From: Eukaryota sp. TZLM1-RC
Lineage: Eukaryota > Protista > Metamonada: BaSk clade
Length of the DNA: 64,000 nucleotides
Reading direction: 5' to 3'
NCBI GenBank assembly: GCA_040285825.1
Contig: JAUPSS010000003.1
Span: forward strand, 868,001 to 932,000
Part shown: positions 11,108 through 23,457 of the stretch, piece after piece
Layout of the letters: each line of letters starts with the position of its first letter
Position numbering within the stretch: the first letter of the stretch is position 1
Program-made: the position numbers and the translations under genes
Notes under the pieces: model-generated
Database searches by the model: none
What the model was told of the DNA's origin: nothing
Seen by the model: only the letters and a program-made list of their open reading frames with translations

Positions 11108-11730
11108 ACAACAAATATGAAATACACAATTAAAACTCCACATCCTCAAAACCTGCCTCCCCTACATCAAAACAATTAATAGCTAAAGATTCAGAAAATT
11201 TCCCAAAAGAAGATAGTGAATCAGAAATTAGTGTTACCATTCCCTTAAAAATAGAAAATACAATCCTGTTTTGCCAGTAAACACGATTGAAAATTCTTCC
11301 AGTTCTTTCCTTTACAACTACAACAAAATCCTCAAGGAAAGCCATAGCAGCCTTACCTAGAGATCCAAGCAAAGAAAAAACAAATGGACATAAATTATAT
11401 TGGGTATGAGAATTTTCATTAACCGAGGAAATGGGTTTCGCATATTTAGCAATGTTATATTTTTCGCCTGCAAGAAGAGGATTATTTACATCCGAGTTAA
11501 TGAAATGTTCGTTAGAGGAATTACAAGGGTCAATAGACATGGCGTCCAAAATAGTAAAACTACCATTTAAACCAGGAACAACTAGATCACCTCTAGTCAG
11601 ACCCATAGAAGCTCTGTTGTAACGCGTACTATCAATATTGGGATCATCAAGAATTAATTTTGATAACAGCGGTTCTAAAAAGGAATCTACTAGATATGAT
11701 TTGCACATTACATAAATTTGGTCCCTGACA
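11108..11730 (-). mobile_element. RLE non-LTR 3' fragment, family R3
   Basis: ORF 11130..11708: FLEPLL..RGDLVVPG..ILDAMSID..AKY..PFVFSLLGSLG endonuclease domain. Confidence 0.75.
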
Positions 11731-11734
11731 ATTA

Positions 11735-11788
11735 TTTGCTAAACTTGTACTGTTTGCTAAACTTGTACTTTTTGCTAAACTTGTACTT
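11735..11788 (+). repeat. 18-bp tandem repeat x3 (TTTGCTAAACTTGTACTK)
   Basis: Three direct copies with no spacers, at the 5' truncation point of the R3 fragment. Confidence 0.9.
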
Positions 11789-12412
11789 TATAAAATTTTA
11801 TCATGATACAACATCCTGAAGGCAATATTGCTGTAGTGGATGATGACACTCCCCTGCAAAAAAGTTCTTCATTCAGGATCCTCGTGGAATCTTGGAAAAG
11901 ATGGAGTAACAAACAAGGCTTTGCTTTTCACTTATATGCTCATAAACCTGGTGACTAAACAGAATTAAGAGTCATGAAGTTGCGAAGATTCATGGTGGCA
12001 GTGACAGTTGAAGCAAATGGATGAATGAATTTGAAAACAAGATTGGAGGTTTAGAAAATAACATTGTAGTTATGTGTGTTTGGAAGGAAACCAATTTTAA
12101 GCATCAACCACCAACAAAAAATATTGGTTATCGAAAAACGTTTAAAAACTGAACTTCCGTCTATTGCTGATGGATGAAGATAGGACTTGTTCTCGATGCC
12201 ACAGTAGTGAACTCGAGGGGAAAGAAGGTGAAAATGTAAGGAAAGATCAAGGACCTAAGCCAAGACTTTATAGAAGAGCAAATATTCCAATAAATGACTC
12301 ACTTGCAAGAAGTAAGGCAGTCAATGGCTATTGTCTATTGGATAGATGAGTCTCTTAATATTGCAAATTTGATTGAATTCATCTACATATACTATTTTTG
12401 TGATATTTGCCG

Positions 12413-12709
12413 ATGTCTCAACATGATTCATATGTTACACTTGTCTCTGCTGAAGACCATGAATTTCTAGTCCCTGCTTCCTCGGTCTTGTGTTCTAATC
12501 TTCTTCGCAACATCCTCAATTCTGATGTGAAGGAATCCGCTGAGCGCAGAGTTCTCTTGCAGGAGATTCCTACCAATGTTTTAGAAGTTGTGTGCCAGTA
12601 CATGATGTACAGGTCTAGCTATGGTTCTGTGAGGGATCCTCCACCTTTCAATATCCCAAAACACCTAGCGATTCACATCCTCAAAGCTGCACATTATTTG
12701 GAGATTTGA
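12413..12709 (+). CDS. ELOC: Elongin C (Skp1/BTB-like)
   Basis: YVTLVSAEDHEF..LQEIPTNVLEVVCQY..PPFNIP..ILKAAHYLEI; 98 aa from ATG 12413. Confidence 0.9.
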   Translation: MSQHDSYVTLVSAEDHEFLVPASSVLCSNLLRNILNSDVKESAERRVLLQEIPTNVLEVVCQYMMYRSSYGSVRDPPPFNIPKHLAIHILKAAHYLEI

Positions 12710-13099
12710 ATTTGAATTTTTTGTTTTTCGTTATCAATGATGTTTATGATTGTAGCAGTGTTTTTTGTGCATCTTTTAGCACTTTTCTTGGTTTTTTACT
12801 CTGTCGATTAAACGATGGTTGCTGCAAAAGTGTTCATCTCGTCGTTTGCCTAGTATTTTTGTGCTGGGTTTGTATTTTTATAAATTCTGTTTTAGAATAT
12901 TATGAGACAATTTACAATTTCATTCTTACCACACTACAGAAGGTTGTTAAGACATTGGTCAGCTTTGACCAATCTTTCAGGTAATCAAAGACTCTTTGTT
13001 TGTGGATGATTTGTAATACTGAAAGTTTGATCAGTTCAATGACAGTAAAAGGAAAGAAAAGAGGTTTAATGAAACTGGTTTTACATTACTTTTTTTTAA

Positions 13100-13657
13100 C
13101 AAAATTTTAATTTTATTCAAAACCTATAAATCAACATCTAGAAAATCCATCTCTCCCAGAACAAAAACACTAGATCAACTTTTTCATAGTGAGATCCAGG
13201 AGAAAGCAAAGCATCAGAAACCATCTTCAACATCCCCTTAAAAATAGAAAACACAATTCTATTTTGCCAAAACAATCTGTTGAAATTTCTCCCAGTTCTT
13301 CTCTTTGCAATCATTTCAAAATCATCCAAAAAACGTAAAGCAGTTGGTGCAAGTGAACCAAAAAGGGAAAATACAAATGGATACAAATTGTATTTTGCAT
13401 GCTGTAAACTGGCCAATTTGGACAAAGGTTCATTGTATTTTTTGAATTTAAAATTTTCAGCATTTGAAAGGGGATTATGAATCTCAGAATTAACTAGCCT
13501 TTCATTTGAGGCATTACAAGGATCAACAGACATTACATCCAATAAAATGAAACTTCCATCTAATCCAGGTAATATAACATCACTTCTATTAGTCTTATGA
13601 AAATCATCTTCAGCATCAAACAGATTTGACAACAGAGGTTCCAAGAAGGATTCAACA
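13100..13657 (-). mobile_element. RLE non-LTR 3' fragment, family R2
   Basis: ORF 13138..13644 is nearly identical to 52828..53379. Confidence 0.8.
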
Positions 13658-14086
13658 TTACATTAGAAGGTTTTACATTACAGTGGGTGAAATTACCACT
13701 GCTGAGTCCACGTTTATATCACTTGGTTCTTTAGTCACAACCAAAGTCACTAAGTCCTTATAATGAACGAATGAAAGGAACTAAATTGTATTAAATTCAA
13801 TATAACGTGTCCAATTCAGGCCAGTCTTAATTCAATGCATCTGTGAATGACTGCTTTTGTGGGCAAATGACAATACTGATTGCTGAATTGAACCAAAAAC
13901 GGAAGAAAAGGAAACTCTGAATCAATAAAACGATGACCAAAATAAGAAACACAAAATGTGATTTAAAAATATTTTATTAGTAAAGTAAAAAACTTAATCT
14001 TTACTTTGACTTAAATAATGTACAAAATAATTCACATAATGAATTTTGGAATAATTGATTTAATTATCTTTTTTACTATATTATGT

Positions 14087-17000
14087 TTAACTTTCTTCGA
14101 CAACTGCCCCATTTTCAATTAACAGTTGTGAAATAGATAAATTATCCATGTAAAAGGACAATTTCAACAAATGAGGATTATCCCTTGCCAGCGTAGCATC
14201 CAAATTAAGAATTAATTTCGAAAATTCTATATTTTGCCTAATAATTGACCCTTGTAACAGATTCAACAAGCAAGAAGAATCCTTTAAAGAATCAAGATCA
14301 GAACTATTAGCCAGAAATTCGGCAATTGAAGTGTATCCCCTGTATAAAGAACTTTGGAGTAGATGTGAAGAAGAAAACGCAGAGAGATCGTCCAACCCAG
14401 AGTTTTTGAGAAACGCCAGCACAAAAGGGATTAAATGATCTGAAATAGATTTGACATCAAATTGATTAAATTTGAATAAAAACTCTGTATTATACTTGTG
14501 ATTAGCTAAAAGAGATGCGATAATAGCGACTTGAAATGCTCTTGTACAACTTGTTTCTTCTAGAATTACACTCAAAAAAGTTAAAGAATCTGGAGAGAAA
14601 ACTGAAAGAAAAGCAGCATCCACACCAAGTTTGGCATCAACTTTAATCATTAATGCCATCAAGTCGACATCATTTCTAATTAATGAGCTAATCAAGGAAA
14701 ATTTGGCAGGTTGGTGATAAGAAAGCAAAAGGCTGGCAATTTCAGCACTTCCAGAAAAAGAAAAACAGTCAGAAACCACCTCAGAATTCAGATGACCATC
14801 ACGTGACAGTCGGTCAAAAACAATCTTGATCACGTCTACAGAACCTACCCGAACCAATTCTTGAAGTAAATCTCTTCTTATTGGAAGGGGTAAGTATTCC
14901 AAAATTAGTTTTACCCAGCAAGTATTGTTAAGGTAAATACTAGCCAAAAAGGTCAATAAAATTGAATTTTGGTCGCTTTTTTGAGCTAGTTTAACTGACA
15001 CAGTTGTTGGAATTTGATGGTAAAATAAAGAAAGAAGGAGGGGTGGTTGGCAAGATGCAAAATCAAAGGAAATATTCCAATCAAATGATGATGATTGGGG
15101 CAGATCAATCAACTCAATGACGTCAACAAGGTCAAAAACTGCTGTATAATGAGCTAACGTAAATCCGCAAGACAGAGGCGAATTGCAATGAAAATGGTTC
15201 AAAACAAATAATAAATGGTCAAAATAAGATCGACTGATCAAGTAATAGATCAAAAATGATTGAGCGTTTGATTGACTACAAGTATGAGACTCCCCACACA
15301 AACATTTAAAACTCTCGTCATTTCCCAAATCAAAACAATCATTGTTGATTAATAACTGGAAACAATCAAATGAGTAATTGATTGCGGTCAAAAGATAGGG
15401 ATCGACAGTTTGATTGAGATTGATTGATGTCGAAAAGTGAGTAACAATGGATTCAAAGTATTTTGACTGGTTTGATTTAATTAATTTGTTCATCAAAATG
15501 TGAAATAAATTAGAATTGAAAAAATTCTTATCTATTCTTTTAATCAGATTCAGAATATTTAATAAATCAGCTTTTTGCAGCAGAGGCAACTGGTCAACAA
15601 TGGTCAATAGCGAGTGATTGACGGTTAAAAACTTCTTGACTGGGATCAATGACTGAAAAAATTCTTTAAAACAGCCCAAACTAACCGAATGAATAATGAG
15701 TTGAAAAATGTTGACTTTGTACAATAAACTTTGAACTTCCCCAATTGCAAAAAAAGAAGGAATCAGAGCTAAATGACACAATGCTAAAATGTTGAATAAA
15801 ATTGATTGAATTAAGCTTGGGCTAAGTTTGGTTGCTATTTCAGAAAGAAAAGTTGTAAATAAATCATTTGAATTAGATAATACAACCTTTTTGGACAATA
15901 AAATCAACTGATTTTCATTAAGAGTTGATAAATACTTGAATAAATAAATAATTGTGGTATTAAAAGAAAAATCATTGGAAGCAAACAGTAAAGCTTTCAT
16001 TAAGATAGAAAAAATGTCCAAATTGGAATGAAAACGAGGTTCAAAAAGTTCAACTAAATCAATCAAATTCAATCGACAACAGCTCACAATAACTGACTCT
16101 AGTTGACTCTGAGGAAACTTCTCAATTAAACCTGCCTTATATCGACCAATCAATTCCCTAATCACCCCACAATTCGATTGGTCAAGACAGGTCAGCAAAA
16201 CTTCATTGACCCTCTCCCAACCAAGACCACTCAAGTCAACCTTCTTTCCAACCAAAGCATTGTCTCTTCCCTTCAGTCTTTTAATCTCCTCTAATGCAGC
16301 ATTCAATTGCGACTTGAGCTCCTTGTCCGTGCCAACTACATTCTGCCAAACTTCATTCTTAATCTTCTTAGCTCGTTGACCAAACTTTAAAGAAGAAAGA
16401 GTTTCAGAGTAGGAGAAAGAAGAGGGTGATACCATCACTATGATTGCCGTTTTGGAATTACCCCCTAATGAATCTTGAAGAATCCTGGTTAACTTGCTAT
16501 TTCGGTAAGGAATGTGATTTGATTGGTCAACTGAAGTCAAGCATGAAACTACTTGACCAAGAGCTAACAAAGAAGTGTTGATCCGTTTTGCCTCATCCAA
16601 TCTGCACCCAGTGGCTTGTGTCTTTGTCAACTTCTCACTTCCTGCCAAGTCACACATAAACAACCTAGAAACAACTTCCCCAGCAGGAGTGGTCCTGGAC
16701 AAACTAACAAGGAAGAGAGCATGGGAACGAGAGGATTCAAGGTTCATTGTGTTGGGAGCAGAGGCTCTGTGGTAGTTCCCTTGTTCTAGCAGATCAAGGG
16801 CTTGTTGAGGAGAGGTTACGTGGATGGAGGTCGCTCCTTGGACTGAGACTCCAGAGACAGGATCATCAATAACATTAAGGTTATCCAACTCGGGATTTAA
16901 AAGATCTCTAATTCGTTCCAAATATATTTCAAAATAAGAGATGTTGACCTTGTAGGAAGAATCAATGCTGGAAAAGATGTGATTAAGAGACTTTGGTATT

Positions 17001-17334
17001 ATAGCGTTCATTGTGTAGGTCTAGGGTTAGGGTTAGGGTTAGTTGATACCTTTCCGCTCCCAGTTTGTCCATAAGCTAAAACGGTGCTGTTATAACCCTT
17101 CAAAAACTGGAGGATAAGGGGTTTTGTTGAGTGGTTGTATACATCGTCTTGAGAGGAAGAAGGTGGAAAGACATGATCAAAAGTGAAAGAATGATAGGAG
17201 GAGTCGTGACACTCAGGATCTGTACATCTAAGTGATTGAGAAGATATGACAGAGACCACATTAGAGTATTCGTCTGATATCTCATATGATGAAGGGGGAC
17301 GGACTCTGACATGAACATTCACATTAGAGCTCAT
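14087..17334 (-). CDS. Kinesin motor protein with long helical/ankyrin-like C-terminal region; exons 17334..17050 and 17020..14087
   Basis: Removing the 29-nt intron 17021..17049 (GTATCAACTAACCCTAACCCTAACCCTAG) restores GQTGSGK|TYTM. SSRSH, DLAGSE and HIPYRNSKLTRILQDSLGGNSKT are present. Confidence 0.92.
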
Positions 17335-17854
17335 TTAGAAAGAAGATGTAGATGGCAATAGAATGAGGAGATTCGTTTTCCAAACGGCTATACAAGGGAG
17401 TAATGGGTAATCCACCGAGCCAAACTGCTCAAACTTTAACACTATGGCCAATATTTTTATTTACCATTATTACCCGCAAGTGCCCTCAATCTATATTCAT
17501 GTCTGTGACCAAGGAGTGACTCAAATTGTGGATCATTGTGTGACCAATATTCACACGTCCTATATGGTCAATATTCAGCAACATTTCTTCGAACATTTTT
17601 GCCACTGGTTCAATGTTGCTTTGGAAGTCAAAATGAATATTGATTCACCAGAAAACCACGAAATGGTGAAACGTATTTTTCGAATGTTTGAACATGAACT
17701 AAATAGTAATCAAACTGTTGACTTTTGTTGAGTATGTTGTACTGTGGACAATTAGTCTAGTACATTTGTATTTATATAGTATAGTTCACTAGTGATGGCC
17801 TTTATAAGGGCCGGTGAAATTCTAATAAATTACCCTTATTCTTTGTTATCATAT

Positions 17855-20125
17855 ATGGATAAAGCATCATTAATTAATGGCCTGAAAAGCCACAATGATA
17901 ACCCTCCTTCCTCTCTGAGGAAGAGTAATGTCCCTTCTTTGAAGGAGAACAATCCACCACCCACGGTGAGTAATCCTTCCTTCGGGAAGAGTAATCCTCC
18001 TAAGGAGAGTGAGCTTTCCGCTGAGAAGAGCCTTGCCTCTCAGAAAGAAAGCCACCTCCCCAATAAGGAGAGTGAACTTCACACTGAGGAGAGCCCTTCC
18101 TCCCAGAAAGGAAGTCACCTCCCTAATAAGGAGAGAGGTAACCACGTTGTGGATGTGACAGAACTGTACACATATCCCAATAACTCCTCGGAGCTCCTTC
18201 CTTGTAGGAAGAGTTTTCTCACCCCGAGCGAGCAACGGAGATTCAAAGCGTTTGTTGTAAGTAATAAATCTGACGCCTGTACAGAGGGTGAAGGAGGCGA
18301 AGGCGAGCAACAGTCTACGACTAGCTCCTCACGTAAAACTCCCTCCAGCAGGAGAGGGGATGAGAGCGATGATGAACCACCTCATACACCCAATCCTCCT
18401 AATCCAACTCCTAGTTTCCCATCTACGGAAAAGACTTCTCAGGGTCTTTACCGAAGGAAATTAGCAAAGGCAGTTGAGGCTGTAACTAGAGATTTCTTAT
18501 TGGACCTCATCGCCAATCCTCCCGAAGATGTAATGGATTGGAGTGATGACGAATTATTAAAAATGGCTGAGAATGAGTCAGAACGTTTTGCGGGAGACGT
18601 AGACCCAGCCGAATGTAAGAAGGTCCGACGTGACTATTTAGCGAAACGTTGGCCCTTCCTCTTTGGGGAAGCCCACGGCAAAACACTTGACGACGTCGTC
18701 TACGAGAGTTATGATCAAAGTCCAAATCTTTTAAAGAGATTGGATGATCTTACCGATTCGGCAGTCTCGTGTGGGATGAGTGCAGTCGAGGATTGCTATT
18801 TCAGCGCTCCTCGTTCAAAGTATCAAGCTGCTACTCCCAGGCCTGCCAAATGGCATAGGGATGCAATTGATGACCACAAAATATATTTCAGTGGAAATCA
18901 AGAAGCTTACGACTGACTATTTTGGATAGCTAAAATGTATCCTCATAATCAACAAGGTAGAAACCTTAGAGGCGTCGTACGGCATTTCCTAGTGGAGAAC
19001 GTACACCCAAAAGATTCCATTGCGGACATTTTTATTATGCTTGGGGGCAGATTCGATGAATCTCGAGGTGACACCCTTCAATTTCATACCAAAGAGTCCT
19101 ACATTAGAGAAATAGGCACTAGGGTAATTGAATTGAAAGAGCAGTGTGTTGGCCCCAACAAGTTAAAATTAGTATATCCTGATGCATGGATGGCTAAACT
19201 TAAGGCATGGGTTGATAGCTGGCCCGATCAAAATGTTTTTGAGAATGTCTTAATAAAGAGCAGTTGCCTTCCATATGATCATAAACTAGCAGGGGTCCCT
19301 AGAGGATCTAAAAATGCACCAGACTGGGTGGATTTAAGGCCACCAGCCCAGACTGTACCTGTGCAGGAGGAACCTCCTAAGACAAGATTTTTCATAAAGT
19401 TGGGCGAAACATTGCCTTCAGAAGAGAGGAATATGAACCTATTTAGTACACCTTCGGTAGGGCCTCTGGCATCTAGGAGAGCTTCTTGTTAAGCAACTCC
19501 TACACAAGCATCTGTTATAAAATCATCTATACCCACGCAACCCCTAGGAACGAATGCTCCTAGAGATTCTCTCGTCGACACCCTCGGTCTTTATAGAACT
19601 CCTGTAACAGACGAGGAGAAATTGAGGAAAAGAATAGACGACAAACTCAGATGCCTAGTTAAGTTAAATGAAGCGTTTGACGCCAAGAAAATCTTCGACT
19701 TCGTTCTTAACTTTGGCAATTGGGCTAAAACAGTTAGGGATCGCGATGGACCCACCAGAGCATTTACGCCGATCACCAAATACGGTCAACCTGTTCATCA
19801 GTACGACTTCGTTAGATCTATGTTCTTCGAAGTGGACCCTTTGTATTTGAGATTTATGATCGAGGGTAAGGTCATCGCAGAATGGCAGAGTTTTTATGGA
19901 GGCCGAACAAACGTGTTGGGCAACAACCCATCTGACGCCGAAATCTGGGAATATTTGCTACTCAGCACCCAATACAAATACACTACCGATGTTGAGAAGG
20001 CTTTAAGGTCTGTAAGACCACCTGAGATCAGTCGCAGAATGACTGCTGAATCTTCATGGACAGCCTTCATAGAGCAGATCATATATAATTCGACGCTCTA
20101 CAATTATGCCTGGAACGGATGGTAA
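17855..20125 (+). pseudogene. Element A N-terminal accessory/gag region (frameshifted ORF pieces)
   Basis: ATG 17855 lies inside the LTR. ORFs 17792..18916, 18935..19492 and 19622..20125; the last resembles the element C gag core (PVHQYDFVRS vs PVHEWDLFRS). Confidence 0.6.
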
Positions 20126-22948
20126 TCCGTCTGTCGTCTACCCAGCAAAGAGATTTCTCGAAACTATTAACGACAAAACAAACAATCAATTGATGGACAC
20201 ATATATCATTTGGATTGGCAAGTTTGATTTGCGTAACGAGAAACTGGGCGATGCGATTTACGATTTAGGTAACGCATTTGTTAATAAGGTCAACAGCCTT
20301 GAATTTTCGATCAAAGACATGAATTTGATAAGAACAGCTTTTGGTGCTCACGCTCCTGCGCAAAAAGGACGAAGCCAGTCAAAAGGTCCTTTTAAGAACC
20401 CTAGAGTAAGCAGTCGACCCATCCCTTCAGAGCAATGGTGTAACTTATGTAAAACCAATAAACATCCGGAAGAGAAATGTTTTAAATTAGTGGGAAGACC
20501 CGGTTCAAAAAAGCGTCAAGGAGGCGAAAAACGTGATAGAAAACGTAAAAGTAGTAGTAATAAATCAGATGATTATACATCTTTTAACAATAACCTTACA
20601 AATAATTCAATCAAAATTATTTATAAAATGAGCAAAGCAGATTCGAATTATAAGCACCTAAATCCATTTAAAAGATTTAGAGAGTCATCCAATCCTGTGG
20701 GTTCTATCCACAATGTTAGACTATCCAGAAGAGCAGAGGACCAAGAAATTTTTAACGGGGAACTTTGGTTAACCTGCACTATAAATAACGTGGAAGTACA
20801 AGGCGAAATTGATAATGGAGCTGCATTTTCAGCATTATCAATGGATTTAGCCTCTAAATGTAATATGACAGTTAATGACAATAAGACTGTCGAATACTTA
20901 TCGGCAAACGGTATTCGCTCCACGACCCTGGGATGTGCAAGTGGTGTTCTTGCACTAAATGTGGGTAGCTTGGCCACTCAAGTGTTTTTAAGGATCGAAT
21001 TCCAGATCATTCCTGGTACCAATAATTTTTTGATCGGAAGAGACTTATTACAAACCTTGGGGCTACGCACGAAGCACGGTTTTAATATTAATTTGGATCG
21101 CGAACATCGCACCATCTTAAATGCTGAATGTGAGTTCGATAATAGAATTTGTCAACCAATTAGATTCATAGAACAATTGAGTAATAAATCAGACTTAGGT
21201 AATGATTTTGGGCATTCCACATTTAGACATGAGTTAGATGAGTTGGGCTGTAGAATATGCCTGGATGACATTAGGGATGAGGAACGCCTAGTCGTGCTAC
21301 TCGAAAAATATAGAAATGTATTTAGTGGGCTACCTCACCCGGATGGAATTGATTGTCAGCCGATGACCATTCCATTTTATGACGAAAGTAAGGTCGTCAA
21401 AAGGAAACCTCGAAGATTAAACCCAGAAAAACAACGGGTAGCCGAGGAAATTTTTAACGAATTGATCCGTAATGGATTTGCTGTGCCCGCAAAGTCTCAA
21501 TTCAGTAGTCCCATCTGTCCTGTGATTTACCCTGATCACAGGAAACCACGATTAACTGGCGATTTTAGTGGTATTGGTGGAGTAAATGATTTAACTAAAC
21601 CTGTAGAGGCAAATTTGCCCAGGATTAGCGACATTTTAGAGTTTCTAAGTAAAGCTAATTATATAGCAACTCTAGATTTACCTAAGGCATTTTGGCAGCT
21701 CAAAATTGCAGAAGAGGATATTGATAAAACTACCGTATCAATTCCCGGGATGTTGATCAGTTTTAAAAGGGCTTGTTTTGGTTTGAAGAACGTTCCTGCA
21801 GTTTTCCAAAACATGATGATGGAATTATTTGATTCTGAGGGCGTATTTATTTATATCGATGATATAATAATAGTAGCTTCGACCCTGGATGAATTTCTAT
21901 CCAGAGTAGGTACGGTCCTAGAACGCGCCAAACGTTTTAGAGTTAACCTGGGCCTACCCAAGTGTAGCTTTACCACTTGCAAACATGAAATAAAAATTCT
22001 AGGTATTATTTTTGTAAACAAAACCCGTTATATAGATGAATCCAGGATCGAGGGACTGATCAATTTTACCCAAACCCAGGACATTACCTGAAGTTAGGAG
22101 TTTTATAGGTTCAATCAATTATATACGTGACTGGTTGCCAAATTTGTCTGACTTGATAGAACCAATCAACAAATTAACCAGAAACAAACCGTCAAAAATC
22201 AAGTGGACTCCTGATCATGACGAGGCTTTTGGTAAGATTATAAATCTTATCAAAGCAAATATCCCTCTTGAATTGCCCTCAGAAGACAAGCATATTTTAA
22301 TAAGTGCTGACGCGTCCGATGTGGCTGTAGGTGGAGTAATATGGCAAGAAGCTAACCCACCTAAAGATCCTACGACTCCGCTAATTAAGAGAAAGGTTGT
22401 ACCTATTGCCTTCCTTTGCAGATTATTATCAACTTCACAAAAGAATTGGTCTGTACTTCAGAAAGAGTTGTATGCAATTTTACTAATTCTCACTGACAGT
22501 AGTTTAGAAAATTATTTAATTTCGAGGAAATTAACTATTTTCACTGATCATAGAAATTTAGCATACCACATATCAGCTCCTGAAAAGAACAGAATTGTGA
22601 AGAGGTGGCAACCAATATTGTCAGAATTCAATTTTGATGTAGTCCACACTGCAGGCGAGGAGAATTATTGGGCAGACATGTTGTCTAGATTGGTTGACAC
22701 CAAACCCAAAACTCCTCGAGTCCAACAAGTGAGAAACTTGGCACCTCACAGAGTTGAAGAACAATTACCCTATTTAAATTTATTAACTAGAGTTAATTTG
22801 TTAAGGGATGATATTACTCAACCGTCCACAATTGAGCTACCCACGATTAATAGCTTATCTGCACTGAAAGAAGCAGTTGAGGATACTAAATTTGATTTAT
22901 TTGACACTTGGATCTCAAAGATTAGGCAAGAACAACTTATAGATGTTG
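20106..22948 (+). pseudogene. Element A gag zinc knuckle, protease, reverse transcriptase, RNase H
   Basis: CNLCKTNKHPEEKC, EIDNGA, LDLPKAFWQ, IYIDDII, ADASD..KELYAI..TDH..ADMLSR. Frameshift near 22.1k; interrupted by B. Confidence 0.9.
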
Positions 22949-23113
22949 TGTTGGCTTTAGTGCACGTTGGTTTTCCATAAACGAATAAAAACAGATGTTT
23001 ATAGAACAGAGGTAGAAAATCAATAATAAACTAAACAATAATAAATTTAAACTAGTGATGACGTGATACATCACGTCATACTGTCCGAAATTGGCAAGAA
23101 GAGTTTAGCCTGG

Positions 23114-23457
23114 CTAACACTGCCTCTTCTTCCTTCTTCCGCGTTTCTTCGGAGCAGGAGGATCGAGCAATTTCACATAGCGAGAGTAAGCGGAAGTGTT
23201 CGTTACTGAGGAAACCGGTTGTTTGGTAGTGGTTCCGTCAGACCACAGGATAGTGGCGATTTCCTGGGAAATGTCTAAAATAGCGTCTAAAAAGGTTTCG
23301 CCGGAGTCGGCAGCTGCATACGCATCTAGAACGGATTGGGGTAACGAGGAATAACAGGGCTTGATCAAATGAGTGGAGGTCTTGAGTTTCGAGCGGGTCA
23401 CGGGATTAAACACAAGGACAGAACTGGAGGATAATATTTCTTCAATGATGTAAGGAC
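23114..23457 (-). CDS. Element B integrase C-terminus (GPY/F, chromodomain-like)
   Basis: Continues GPY|IIEEI in frame after removing the hAT and one TSD. Ends RRKKRQC* overlapping the LTR. Confidence 0.8.

Noticed and set aside
11735-11788. CRISPR-like repeat array
   Set aside because: Three contiguous 18-mers with no spacers; a simple tandem duplication.
11790-12350. Possible decayed transposase remnant
   Set aside because: Only vague motif resemblance with many stops; not supportable.
12706-12984. 92-aa hydrophobic ORF after Elongin C, and the many antisense ORFs overlapping genes and TEs
   Set aside because: Non-ATG starts in T-rich UTR-like sequence, or shadows of real ORFs on the other strand.
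17021-17045. Chromosome end or internal telomere
   Set aside because: Only about 3 repeats, fully contained in a spliceable intron.
17878-17895. tRNA PBS starting at the TGG 8 nt after the LTR (A, C, D)
   Set aside because: Too far from the LTR, absent in B (TGT) and E (TGA), and the downstream bases are not shared. Not formally excluded without the tRNA set.
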